Shown here: positions 29,609-39,302 of the stretch, one piece after another
Layout: each line of letters begins with the position of its first letter
Position numbering within the stretch: position 1 is the stretch's first letter
Source: a virus
Taxonomy: Duplodnaviria > Caudoviricetes
Direction: 5' to 3' (one strand)
DNA length: 64,000 nt
Virus record (IMG/VR): IMGVR_UViG_3300038428_000825
Span: 34,884 to 98,883 of that record
Translations under genes and position numbers: made by a program
Notes under the pieces: model-generated
The model's database searches: none
What the model was told of the DNA's origin: nothing
The model's input: the letters and a program-made list of their open reading frames with translations, nothing else

Positions 29609-29760
29609 GCGCCAATTCCAGGAAGGATCTCTTCTGAGTCGACTGCAATCCGCCCGGAACAATGCCAAACCCTCGGGAAAACCTTACCACAAGCCGAAAT
29701 TAACAGGACTAATCCCACCGGGCACTCCGCCTTCACGCGCCAACCCTCACATTTTTGAAT

Positions 29761-30744
29761 CTATGCCCCCGGCTCGGGCTGATCACCTTCATCAACTTCC
29801 CCACCTGCAACCAAGCACCACGCAATGTGCAGGGCGTCCACAGGCCAAAAACATTCAGGACGTGGATGACGCACATTGGGATTCCCAGCTTTAGGACGGC
29901 AATTGAGCAATTTCTCGACCCACTGTTCAGGTATCGCATCGCGCCCAAATACAGCCCCCAACAGGGCACCGGCAATTGCGGCGTTTGTGTCCGTATCTCC
30001 GCCACGCATTACCGTATCCACAACGCCTTCCTGCAGGGTCTTAGCATGAAGAAGCTGCCAAAACGCATTCTGAAATGCAATGAGTACCCAGCCTTGTTGG
30101 TGACGGTAATCAGCTGGTGCATCGGTAGCCGCATCCACAATTGCCTTCATCAGCGGAGCTTCGACCTTCATCTCCACCGCCCGTTCCTTTGTCAGCTCGT
30201 AGACTTGCCGAGCATCCTTCCAAGTGCCTATAGTATCGGCGATAGCCATAGCAAATAGGGCATTAGCTTGGAGGCAGGCCGGGTGGGGATGTGTCAACGC
30301 CGCATCCTGCTGTGCGAATTCGGATACCCGTTCAAGATCGTAATTGCAGCCAAACACGCCCAGCGGACTGATCCGCATTAGCGCTCCATTCGCTTGGCTT
30401 TCGCGATTCGGCTTGCCTCTAAGTCCGGCTGAAACGGTGCTGCCACAATCGAATGGAGAGGAGTTCAACCAGAAAACATATGCCTTGCGTGCCTCCTCCG
30501 GGGTATAGCGTTTTTGCTTCAACAGCATCCTTGCCAGCATCAGCGCCATCTCGGAGTCGTCGGTTGGCTGCCCGGCAATCGTACCCCATGTACCGCCATC
30601 CGCAAGTTCTCGAACGCCGTCGGGATAGTTGAAACGGATTTGTTCCGACGACTGGAACTCAACGAGGCTGCCTAAAGAATCTCCTGCGAGTTGGCCCAGT
30701 AAACAACCTTGGGCACGCAATAACGTGCCGGGATCGACGTACAT
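29761..30744 (-). CDS. ADP-ribosylglycohydrolase (DraG/ARH family)
   Basis: GCLLGQLAGDSLG, PTDDSEM, NGALMRISP, LTH, GGDTDTNAAIAGALLGA motifs; GGAG RBS before MYVDP. Confidence 0.92.
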   Translation of the reverse strand: MYVDPGTLLRAQGCLLGQLAGDSLGSLVEFQSSEQIRFNYPDGVRELADGGTWGTIAGQPTDDSEMALMLARMLLKQKRYTPEEARKAYVFWLNSSPFDCGSTVSAGLRGKPNRESQANGALMRISPLGVFGCNYDLERVSEFAQQDAALTHPHPACLQANALFAMAIADTIGTWKDARQVYELTKERAVEMKVEAPLMKAIVDAATDAPADYRHQQGWVLIAFQNAFWQLLHAKTLQEGVVDTVMRGGDTDTNAAIAGALLGAVFGRDAIPEQWVEKLLNCRPKAGNPNVRHPRPECFWPVDALHIAWCLVAGGEVDEGDQPEPGA

Positions 30745-30944
30745 GCTTCTATTCTCCGCTGCCCAGGGTCTTGAGCGCTGCAATTCGCTGGCCGATGTTG
30801 ATTCGGGCGATGCCACCCAGGATTTCCATTTTGTCCCTCAGACACGGACAAAGTATACGCCCGGGTGCCTCCCCTCACAGCGAACCAGATGAATTGTGGT
30901 AGATAATGAGGGTTGTCGGATCAAGATGTCCAAGGAATGCTCGA

Positions 30945-33395
30945 ATGCCTGACCAAGAACCTGCCACCCCAAATCTCGAATCGCTGCTGAGTGAATTCGC
31001 CGCCCAAGCCGAGTCCTGGTTTAAGCACAGCCCCTTTGTTTTCGAATACAGCCAGTTCATTCAGACTTTCTTCAAATCTGAGAATCTCCAGAAAGCTGAA
31101 TGGCCGGATTTTCAAGAGCTCGCGAACCGGCTTCATTCCTTTAATAGCGTGAAGCTGGCAAAGATGCGGGCATTCGGAAAGCCGAATTACCCCATCGAGA
31201 AATATAGGGCGTCTTTCGATTTCTTGGCTCACGGACCGGGCTCTGAGGAAGAACGGATGCGAGCCTTCATGGGAGACAAGGAGAAGTATGCAAGCAAGTA
31301 CATTGGCCCAAGCGTCGTTTCCGAATTGATTGGCCAACTCTTTCCGGACAAGTACCTATTCATGAACCAAAGGGATACGGGTGCCGCAGAATTCCTAGGG
31401 GTCCATCCGACCTTTGCGGTAGGTGCAGATTTCCCGCAGAGATTTACAGCATTTAATGCTGCAATGGCACCCCTCTTCGACGAGTACCGGCGTGTCGTCG
31501 GATTCCAATCCGGAGCGCCCATCGGGCTTGAAGTGGATCAGTTCCTGAGTTGGCTCTACGAGACCAAAATCCCAAAGAAGTCCGGAGACATTCCTAAATC
31601 TGACGGTAGGCAGATCTGGGTTTTCGCACCTGGTCCACAGGCTCGATTCTGGAAGGATTGTAGCGACCAATCAATCGCTGTTTATGGGGGAGACCTGCTG
31701 GGACCTCTGGACGCCTACCCGACAAAGGAAGAGATACTCCAGAAACTTAAAGTACTTTACCAGATGGATGTCGAGCCCACCAACGACGCCAGAGCGGCTT
31801 GGGAGTTCTGCCGAATCATGAAGGACGGCGATTTGGTGATCGCCAAAAAGGGCAACCGGAAAATCGTGGGTGTGGGTATTGTTCGAGGCAGTTACCGTCA
31901 TGACCCCACCCGCCAGGAGTATAAAAACGTACGGGATGTAGATTGGATCCAGGAAGGGGATTGGTCCCTTCCCGATGGGGAAAGCTTCGCTACCAAGACC
32001 CTCACAAACATCTCTCGACATAAGGAATTCGTCGCCACCATACTGTCAACAGTCGGCATCAATGCCGAAGAAATCGATGTCGAAAGCGGGCCTAAGTACT
32101 ATTGGATGAATTGTTCCCCAAGTATTTGGAGCGTTGTTGGGGGCCAGGTCGGCGAGGAACAGACTTACACCACGCACAACGATAAAGGCAACAAACGCCA
32201 GGTCTACGCATGTTTCCAAGTGGTCAAACCAGGTGATCAGCTGATCGGATACGAAACGACACCCGAACAGAAGGTGACCAGTGTTCTTGAAATTACCGAG
32301 GGTATTCATGAGGAGAGCGGAAAGGGTGAATGCATTCGCTTCAAGATCCTCAGACACATGGAGAAGCCTCGCTCCCTTCTGGAACTCAAGGCAATTCCAG
32401 CTCTCGCTGATTGTGGGCCTGTGCAGGGTAATAGGCAGGGTAGCCTTTACAAACTCACCAAGATTGAATTCGATACGATCCTTGGCACCGGTCCCGTGGA
32501 GGATGAGGAGGAGACATCAGAAGAGGATGAATCAGCTCTTGAATATTCGGTCCAAGATGCGGTGAAGGATCTCTTTGTAAGTGAGCTCCTGGTCTCCGAG
32601 TGGCTCGGTCAGTGGGAACGCGAGAAGAATCTGATCCTTCAAGGACCGCCGGGCGTCGGGAAGACCTTTTTCGCCAAGCGTCTTGCCTACGCACTCATGA
32701 AGGAGATGGATCCGAAGCAGGTGTCCATGGTTCAATTCCACCAGTCATACGGGTACGAGGATTTTGTTCAGGGAATTCGGCCTCAAAGTGAAGGGGGATT
32801 TGCGCTGCGGAATGGCGTCTTCTATGACTTTTGTATCAAGGCAAGGCAATCTCCGAAGAAACATGTCTTCATCATTGACGAGATCAATCGAGGCAACATC
32901 TCTAGGATCTTCGGCGAGCTGTTGATGCTTATAGAGAATGACAAACGTGGCGAAAACTACGCGCTCAAGCTTGCCTATCAAGAGGGTAGCCAGACATTCT
33001 TCGTCCCCGAAAACGTCTACATCCTTGGCCTGATGAACACGGCAGACCGGTCCCTTGCAGTGGTGGACTACGCGCTGCGCCGTCGCTTCTGCTACGTGGA
33101 TTTGTCCCCGGCATTTCAGAGCAGCGAGTTCAAGAGTTTTCTCATCGAGAATTGCTCAGAAACTCTAGTGTCAGACATAATTCAGAAAATGATAGGTCTG
33201 AACAAGGAAATCGCTGAGGATACCTCAAATCTTGGGCCAGGATTCTGCATTGGCCACAGTTACTTCTGCCGCATCACATCAAAGGAGGAATATCTGCAGG
33301 TTATCAAATTCAAGGTCGCTCCTCTCCTTCGAGAGTACTGGTTCGATGATCCGAAGAAGTCTGAACAATGGATAAAGGCTTTGCAGGGCCTGTGA
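30945..33395 (+). CDS. mcrB: McrB-family AAA+ GTPase with extended N-terminus including EVE/PUA-like domains
   Basis: GPPGVGKT, QFHQSYGYEDF, IIDEINRGN, MNTADRS, DYALRRRF, IGHSYF; AAGGA RBS before ATG 30945. Confidence 0.93.
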   Translation: MPDQEPATPNLESLLSEFAAQAESWFKHSPFVFEYSQFIQTFFKSENLQKAEWPDFQELANRLHSFNSVKLAKMRAFGKPNYPIEKYRASFDFLAHGPGSEEERMRAFMGDKEKYASKYIGPSVVSELIGQLFPDKYLFMNQRDTGAAEFLGVHPTFAVGADFPQRFTAFNAAMAPLFDEYRRVVGFQSGAPIGLEVDQFLSWLYETKIPKKSGDIPKSDGRQIWVFAPGPQARFWKDCSDQSIAVYGGDLLGPLDAYPTKEEILQKLKVLYQMDVEPTNDARAAWEFCRIMKDGDLVIAKKGNRKIVGVGIVRGSYRHDPTRQEYKNVRDVDWIQEGDWSLPDGESFATKTLTNISRHKEFVATILSTVGINAEEIDVESGPKYYWMNCSPSIWSVVGGQVGEEQTYTTHNDKGNKRQVYACFQVVKPGDQLIGYETTPEQKVTSVLEITEGIHEESGKGECIRFKILRHMEKPRSLLELKAIPALADCGPVQGNRQGSLYKLTKIEFDTILGTGPVEDEEETSEEDESALEYSVQDAVKDLFVSELLVSEWLGQWEREKNLILQGPPGVGKTFFAKRLAYALMKEMDPKQVSMVQFHQSYGYEDFVQGIRPQSEGGFALRNGVFYDFCIKARQSPKKHVFIIDEINRGNISRIFGELLMLIENDKRGENYALKLAYQEGSQTFFVPENVYILGLMNTADRSLAVVDYALRRRFCYVDLSPAFQSSEFKSFLIENCSETLVSDIIQKMIGLNKEIAEDTSNLGPGFCIGHSYFCRITSKEEYLQVIKFKVAPLLREYWFDDPKKSEQWIKALQGL

Positions 33396-33396
33396 G

Positions 33397-34500
33397 ATGA
33401 GTTCAATCCCGATCCGAAATATCTACTACCTACTAAGCTATGCCTGGGATCTTCTAGAGGAGGCTAATGAGCTTGCAGTGGGGATCGAGCACCTCCCGCG
33501 AGTCGAAGACCTTCTCGCCCGCATTCTGATTCATGGGACACGGCGCTTGCTGCGGCGCGGAATTGATCATGGCTACATACCCCAAGCCGATATCCTCGCA
33601 ACTGTCAGGGGCAGGATCGATTTTGGAGTGTCCACCCGCCGCCTTCTCCTGGAGCACGGCAAGGTTCAATGCAATTTCGAAGAATTTCTGCCTGACCTCC
33701 TCCACAACAGAATCCTGAAGGAGACTCTAAAGGCCTTGGGCACCTGTTCAGAGCTCGATTCTGGTCAGAGAGCAGAAATCAAAACAGTGCTCCGCAGGAT
33801 GGAGGGCATCAGCCCGCTACACATTCGAAAGTCTCACTTTGCCCAGGTGCGGCTGCACAAAAACAACGCGCATTACCGGCTTCTCATGCACATCTGCGAG
33901 TTGGTGCATGACAACCTCCTCGTCAACGAGGAAAAGGGAACGCGTTTCTTTCGTGACTTCCTCCGGGATAAGCGGCAGATGGCAAAGCTCTTTGAACGCT
34001 TTGTTGCTCGGTTCTACCGAAAGGAGCTTGGGGCAATGGGATGGACTGTCAAGTCCCAGGAACATATTCCTTGGGATAGTACCGTTCAGAGTGACTTCCT
34101 GCCGGAGATGCATGCTGATGCCATTCTCCGGGGTGAAGGACGTGTGGTCGTCGTGGAATGCAAGTTCTACAAAGAGATGCTTCAATCCAGCCAGTGGAGC
34201 TCGGTGGAAAAGATCCGATCCTCACACCTGTATCAGTTAATGACCTACCTGCGAAACCTGGAGGCTTCACTTCCTGGCCAAGAGGTCGAGGGCCTGCTCG
34301 TATACCCCGCGGCAGGGTCCGGTTTCGTAAGCGACCTGAAACTGTCTGGCCATGCTGTCAGAGTCTGCACAATCAATTTGGCTCGCAATTGGGAAGAGGT
34401 GGCGGAGTGGATGCATCAGATCGTATTCACACGCAACGGCGAAATCAATAAACTTGGCAGCGTTCCTTTGAGCAGCTATCTGATTAGAATGATGGACTAA
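33397..34500 (+). CDS. mcrC: McrC-family restriction nuclease subunit
   Basis: IPIRNIYYLLSYAW start; LFERFV; D...VVECKFY; HLYQLMTY; GLLVYP; directly follows mcrB. Confidence 0.92.
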   Translation: MSSIPIRNIYYLLSYAWDLLEEANELAVGIEHLPRVEDLLARILIHGTRRLLRRGIDHGYIPQADILATVRGRIDFGVSTRRLLLEHGKVQCNFEEFLPDLLHNRILKETLKALGTCSELDSGQRAEIKTVLRRMEGISPLHIRKSHFAQVRLHKNNAHYRLLMHICELVHDNLLVNEEKGTRFFRDFLRDKRQMAKLFERFVARFYRKELGAMGWTVKSQEHIPWDSTVQSDFLPEMHADAILRGEGRVVVVECKFYKEMLQSSQWSSVEKIRSSHLYQLMTYLRNLEASLPGQEVEGLLVYPAAGSGFVSDLKLSGHAVRVCTINLARNWEEVAEWMHQIVFTRNGEINKLGSVPLSSYLIRMMD

Positions 34501-34798
34501 TCCCTCTGCCCTCATTGTGTCAGGAATCCCAGCGGCCTTGAAAGTCCTAGATAAAGCGCTATGCCGCGACTCAATACAATGAAATGCACAACTGAGAGGG
34601 GCGCAAACTGAATACAGAAGAGTCCCGATGAACGTCCCAGGGTTCTGAAGCCATTAAGCACGCGAGTGCAACCGCGCCATTCATTGCAACTTGGGCTTTT
34701 CAGGGGAATTGTCGTCGTGGGGATTTGACGCTCGAAATCCCCGTCCCGGGCGGATGTCGGCTCCTCCGACTGTCGAACCTTTGGTGGAAGGACATGGG

Positions 34799-34813
34799 TT
34801 CCTATACTAGAGA
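34799..34813 (+). promoter_or_regulatory. Third copy of the TATACTAGA motif
   Basis: TTCCTATACTAGAGA just before ATG 34817, where structural genes resume. Confidence 0.55.
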
Positions 34814-34816
34814 GAA

Positions 34817-35419
34817 ATGAAGCCCGATACCAGTACTCCCAATCCGGTTCATCTGGCGATCGTGAGTCCGTGCTCGTCCTGTCAGAACCAACTGACTGTT
34901 AGTCATGACGGGATGCCGGCCTGCCCACGGCGCGTCGCTCAACAGAACATCCAGTACATGCAGAGTGTCGGTATCGATACGACTGGGGTTCAGCACCTGG
35001 CGCTGTACGGCACGGAAGGCGCCGCGCAGGCGGGCAACGGTTCCTACCTTAACCCCGTCTATTCAGACAACTTGCACGCCATTCTCATCTGGATTGCCCT
35101 TCTCGAGGACAACGGCGGCGTGTTGGACAGCCAAGGGAATCAGCTCTGTCCGAACCTCCTCGACCCCAGCTTCAACACATCCTACATCCAGTGCCATTCG
35201 CTCCCTGTTACGACCCGTGACAACGAAGCGGTCTATTTCCAGAAGGGGGCGTTCGCTGCGAACGACCAACTGGAAGTGACCCTTTCGGCGCGGCAACAGA
35301 TGACGACGGACGGCAGCGCGTTGCCGGTCTTGATAGATGGCTTTGCCCAGAAGGTCAACTTCATCTTCAACCACCCGAGGACGCCCCTGAATAAGGATCT
35401 CTGTCCCGCAGGAACTTAA
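34817..35419 (+). CDS. Hypothetical baseplate-region protein
   Basis: 200-aa ORF, Cys-containing N-terminus, TAATG-coupled to the next gene. Confidence 0.6.
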   Translation: MKPDTSTPNPVHLAIVSPCSSCQNQLTVSHDGMPACPRRVAQQNIQYMQSVGIDTTGVQHLALYGTEGAAQAGNGSYLNPVYSDNLHAILIWIALLEDNGGVLDSQGNQLCPNLLDPSFNTSYIQCHSLPVTTRDNEAVYFQKGAFAANDQLEVTLSARQQMTTDGSALPVLIDGFAQKVNFIFNHPRTPLNKDLCPAGT

Positions 35420-35817
35420 TGTCCAGCCAGCCTCTCGTCTACGATCTGGAAAACCAGGATGGCACTTACGAGCTCCAGCCGAAGTCGCTTTATGCCGGGG
35501 ACTCGTATCAGGGCCAGCCGTCCGTCGCCGTTACCGAGGATGAGATCATCCTAGCCGGCGACTCGAACAACGTCATTCGGGTTGATCCGGACTTCGGTGT
35601 TCTGCTTTCCGGGAATCTGAGCCTGTCGGCGATGCCTCAACAGGTCTCCTTCGGCGGTGGCTATTACCGCCTCAATCCGCTGCTTCTGACCTGCCTTCCC
35701 TCCACCACTCCCACTCCCATTCCCACGCTGGTCAAGGACACGCCCAATCTCCTGACCGGCAGCGACACGCTGGCTTCCTGCATGTCCTTTCTGACCAGCA
35801 ATTCGGATGCTGCCTAA
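35419..35817 (+). CDS. Possible baseplate spike-related protein
   Basis: Short beta-strand repeats; position before the gp25-like and J-like genes. Confidence 0.45.
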   Translation: MSSQPLVYDLENQDGTYELQPKSLYAGDSYQGQPSVAVTEDEIILAGDSNNVIRVDPDFGVLLSGNLSLSAMPQQVSFGGGYYRLNPLLLTCLPSTTPTPIPTLVKDTPNLLTGSDTLASCMSFLTSNSDAA

Positions 35818-36188
35818 TGGCCGTTGACTTTCGATGGATGTCTCGGGGCGGCGTGCTGCTCGACAGCACCGGCGATGTGTCGTTCACACAGTCGCCCTGG
35901 GAATGCCTGCGCAGCATGGCAAACTCGCGCCTCAAGGCTGCCTTCGAGGGCTGGAAGAGCTACCAGATCGGGGCGGACCTGGAGAACGTGATCGGATCAA
36001 CTGTCGCGGCCGAGTTGGAAACCACGATTCAGCGCCAAGTGGAGTCGTCCATGAGCCAGGATTTCCTGCCGATGGGATCTTTCACGGTCAGCACATTGAA
36101 GGTGGGCAACCAAGCCTACCAGGTCTTCGTTTTCATCCAGAACCAGTTGGTGGCAAGCACCACGGTAAGCACTCCGGCGAGCACATAA
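35817..36188 (+). CDS. gp25-like baseplate wedge/sheath initiator
   Basis: 123 aa; GD.....RLK...W..Y.IGADLENVIG pattern; directly before baseplate J. Confidence 0.65.
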   Translation: MAVDFRWMSRGGVLLDSTGDVSFTQSPWECLRSMANSRLKAAFEGWKSYQIGADLENVIGSTVAAELETTIQRQVESSMSQDFLPMGSFTVSTLKVGNQAYQVFVFIQNQLVASTTVSTPAST

Positions 36189-36192
36189 ACCG

Positions 36193-37395
36193 ATGATCCA
36201 GACACCCAGCACCGCATCAACCTACCAGGCCAACATTCTGGCGTCTCTCCAGTTGACCGGCATCACCAACACGTCTCCGGGTGCCAAGGCGCGCGCCTTC
36301 ACCGATGCCGTGGGCGACCAGATTGGCCAGTCGGAAGCCAACAGCTTCACATCGATCGCGCAGACGTTGCTGCCCTATGCCACCGGATCGAATCTGGATT
36401 TCATTGGCCAGATGTTCGGCATCCCCAGGTTGCAGGCATCCGATGTGAGCAGCTCGGCTCTGGACAACAACTTCGAGTTCTACGTTGCGCGCGGGACTTT
36501 CGGAACGATCAACAACGGTCAGGACATCACGATTCCTGCCGGCACTCAGATCTACACGGCACAGGGCCTCAGTGGGCAGGTAGTTTTGACCGCCAATCCG
36601 GTGACCTGCAAGGCTTCCCAGTCGAGCGCCCCGTTTGCGGTAACGAACCTTCAGTCGGCTTCCGCCGGCAACGCCGCGGCCGGAGTGTTCACGAACAGCA
36701 ACTTCACCAACTATGCCGATTCCGCATACGGCTCACTCCTGGTGACCAACAACTATGGATTGATTGGGGGCCGCGATGCAGAATCCGACGACGACTATCG
36801 CTATCGCATCAACCTCTGGATCCAATCCAAAGGCGGCGCCGCCGAAGCGGACCTTCGTCTCGCGGTTCTTGTACTCCCTGGAATCCAGGATCTTGACTTT
36901 GTACGACAGGCTGGCACCTTCCTCTGCTACGTCTACGGCATCTCGCCGGTAGTTCCGCCGTCGCTCATCAATCTGGTTCAGGGTACGCTCGACAACCTCA
37001 CTTCTTATCCGCTCTCGGGTACTGCGACTTCGCCAGCTTTGGTAGGCATCTCCTTCTCGACGACACTTACATTTGTCAGCAGTGCGAACTCGTCCGATCA
37101 GCAGAACGCGATCGCCAACGCAATGTCCGCAGCGCAGAGCTACATCAACAACCTGGCCATGGGCCAGGAGTTTGTCATCAATCAGCTGGCGGATCAGGTT
37201 CAGAACGCCGACCCGAACATCCTGGACATCGGGTCTCCGGACCAGCCCATCAACGAGATCTTCATTTGGCGCAGCCGCGATGACGGTACGCGCTACTCTC
37301 GCTACCTGGTGGCGGATTACACCCCGGCAACAGGCGAACGCATCGTGGTTGAAACCTCCATCTCGAATCCGATCGTTCTGACTTCCGCGTCGTAA
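36193..37395 (+). CDS. Baseplate J-like wedge protein
   Basis: ATGSNLDFIG..FGIPR, ITIPAGT, GN, GGRDAESDDDYRYRI motifs. Confidence 0.88.
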   Translation: MIQTPSTASTYQANILASLQLTGITNTSPGAKARAFTDAVGDQIGQSEANSFTSIAQTLLPYATGSNLDFIGQMFGIPRLQASDVSSSALDNNFEFYVARGTFGTINNGQDITIPAGTQIYTAQGLSGQVVLTANPVTCKASQSSAPFAVTNLQSASAGNAAAGVFTNSNFTNYADSAYGSLLVTNNYGLIGGRDAESDDDYRYRINLWIQSKGGAAEADLRLAVLVLPGIQDLDFVRQAGTFLCYVYGISPVVPPSLINLVQGTLDNLTSYPLSGTATSPALVGISFSTTLTFVSSANSSDQQNAIANAMSAAQSYINNLAMGQEFVINQLADQVQNADPNILDIGSPDQPINEIFIWRSRDDGTRYSRYLVADYTPATGERIVVETSISNPIVLTSAS

Positions 37396-37406
37396 TCAGG
37401 AACCCT

Positions 37407-39299
37407 ATGCCGGCCACACTTGTCTCGATCGCAGTTTCCGGACCACATACGGCCCTGTCGATTTCAAGTCAGGAGCAGTTGACGGCCACCGCTACCTATA
37501 GCGATGGGTCGACGCTCAATGTGACGGCGCTTTGCACCTGGTCAACGAACACTGCATGCCTGTCGGTCACCGGCGGCGGCACGGTCATCGCGGTCCGAGC
37601 GCCCAATCCTCAGACCAACGGCGCGCGACCGCAGTTCACCACGACGGTATCTGCCACACTGACCGGGATCACAGGCACGATGGCGATCTCGATCGTGGTG
37701 GGTACAACTGCGGCGGCCACACCTGTGCTGCCTTCTTACCGATCCCATCGGACTCAGGTTCTACTGAACTATTTCGACATCACTGACCGGCGTGTCCGCG
37801 AAGAACCCTACACAATCGATGCGCAACTCTTGAACACGGCGGCCATCGCTCTTGACGACAGCCAGCAGCGCATTGCGCGGGAGATCGCTTCGCGCACTCT
37901 GGCAACATGTCCGACAGGAATCGACAACCGCGGTGTTTACTACATGGTGAAGCTGCCGAGTGACTTTCCGTTGGCACCAGGGCAGACCCTCTTGAACCAG
38001 GTGATTGGAATCATCACCTCCGGTTCGACCTCGCAGAACATCGCCATTCAACCGTACGACGATAGGTTGCCGGTTCCCACTGGATACATCGCCGATCCCT
38101 CGCAGACCCAGGTCGCTATGGCCAACCCGGTCCTCTTCGACGTGACCGGCAGCGGCGACTCTGCGGTGAGCATCTGGAATCCCCAGAGTCTGGGTCCGTT
38201 TTCCTTGCCCATTCCGAACATCCTGACCTTCTGGGTCGAAGGCGTCCAAGGCAGCCAGATGTCGCTCAGCATCTTTGTGCAGGGCGAGGAATATCCTTTG
38301 CCCGTCTGGGCCGACCAGCAGGAAGGCGCCAGCGAGACGATTACCTCGTCGAACGAGGGCATCTTCACCGGTATCAAAACCTGGCAGAATATTTCCAACA
38401 TCATCGTCCGCGGGCTTCCCGCCGGCGTCAGACTGCGCTGCTGGCAGATGCCGTTCAACCTTCCTGCAGTCCCAGACAGCACCCGGCCGTACACCCATCC
38501 CATCTTCCGGGATACGTTGTTCGATAGGTACTGGCTCATCTCGACAGGCGAGAACCTGCTCAAAGAGCTGTACATGATGGACAACTACAGCACCCTCGAA
38601 TACATCCAGTCCTACGCCATGACGACGCCTTTGAGTGCGATCGCTGTAGAGCCGAATACCTGGGGCATTCTGGGAGCGTCAGGAACGAGCCTCATTTACT
38701 GGGATAGGCGCGAGCCGCTTCCTGGCCAGCTCTCCGCGCCGGCGATGACGACCGAACCTCTGTATGGACTCAACGTCAAGTACGACATCTCCAAGCCCAT
38801 CTCCATGCCCGGCTCGACTCGGTACGCGATTCTCTTGCCGGTGCCTTACGGCTCCGCATCAACGGCTTCCAACTGGCGCTACCTCGTCATGACTCCTGAC
38901 GGCAACTTTCAAGTCCTGCTTCCGGATGGAACGCTCGTTGCGTATTCGGGAAGCGCAGGATGGCAATCCGGGACACTTTCGACCCCAGCACCAGTTTCTC
39001 TGGCTCTGACCATGATCGGAACTTATGTCCTGATGCTGGAGTGCATGGGAAACGGCCAGACAGCTACTGCCGATGAAGTTCCCTATCCGAACCTTGCAAC
39101 TCCAGTCATCAACACCTACGACCTTTCCAACATCGTGCCCGCGATTCAAGGCATTGCTTATGACGTGATGGGAAGGCTCTGGTTGTGGACGGGCAGCAAT
39201 GCAGTCGCAGTCAAGCCGAGATACGACGGATACATTCTCGATCCGAACAGTCTGGCCATCTATTTGACCGACACCTACGACAGCGTTTCGTTTGAGTAA
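37407..39299 (+). CDS. Baseplate protein with N-terminal Ig-like (Big_2-type) domain
   Basis: LVSIAVS...QLTATATYSDGSTLNVT..CTWS. Confidence 0.7.
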   Translation: MPATLVSIAVSGPHTALSISSQEQLTATATYSDGSTLNVTALCTWSTNTACLSVTGGGTVIAVRAPNPQTNGARPQFTTTVSATLTGITGTMAISIVVGTTAAATPVLPSYRSHRTQVLLNYFDITDRRVREEPYTIDAQLLNTAAIALDDSQQRIAREIASRTLATCPTGIDNRGVYYMVKLPSDFPLAPGQTLLNQVIGIITSGSTSQNIAIQPYDDRLPVPTGYIADPSQTQVAMANPVLFDVTGSGDSAVSIWNPQSLGPFSLPIPNILTFWVEGVQGSQMSLSIFVQGEEYPLPVWADQQEGASETITSSNEGIFTGIKTWQNISNIIVRGLPAGVRLRCWQMPFNLPAVPDSTRPYTHPIFRDTLFDRYWLISTGENLLKELYMMDNYSTLEYIQSYAMTTPLSAIAVEPNTWGILGASGTSLIYWDRREPLPGQLSAPAMTTEPLYGLNVKYDISKPISMPGSTRYAILLPVPYGSASTASNWRYLVMTPDGNFQVLLPDGTLVAYSGSAGWQSGTLSTPAPVSLALTMIGTYVLMLECMGNGQTATADEVPYPNLATPVINTYDLSNIVPAIQGIAYDVMGRLWLWTGSNAVAVKPRYDGYILDPNSLAIYLTDTYDSVSFE

Positions 39300-39302
39300 C
39301 CA

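Noticed and set aside
9106-37395. Extracellular contractile injection system or tailocin rather than a phage
   Set aside because: A major capsid gene, neck genes, homing endonucleases and an integrase are present
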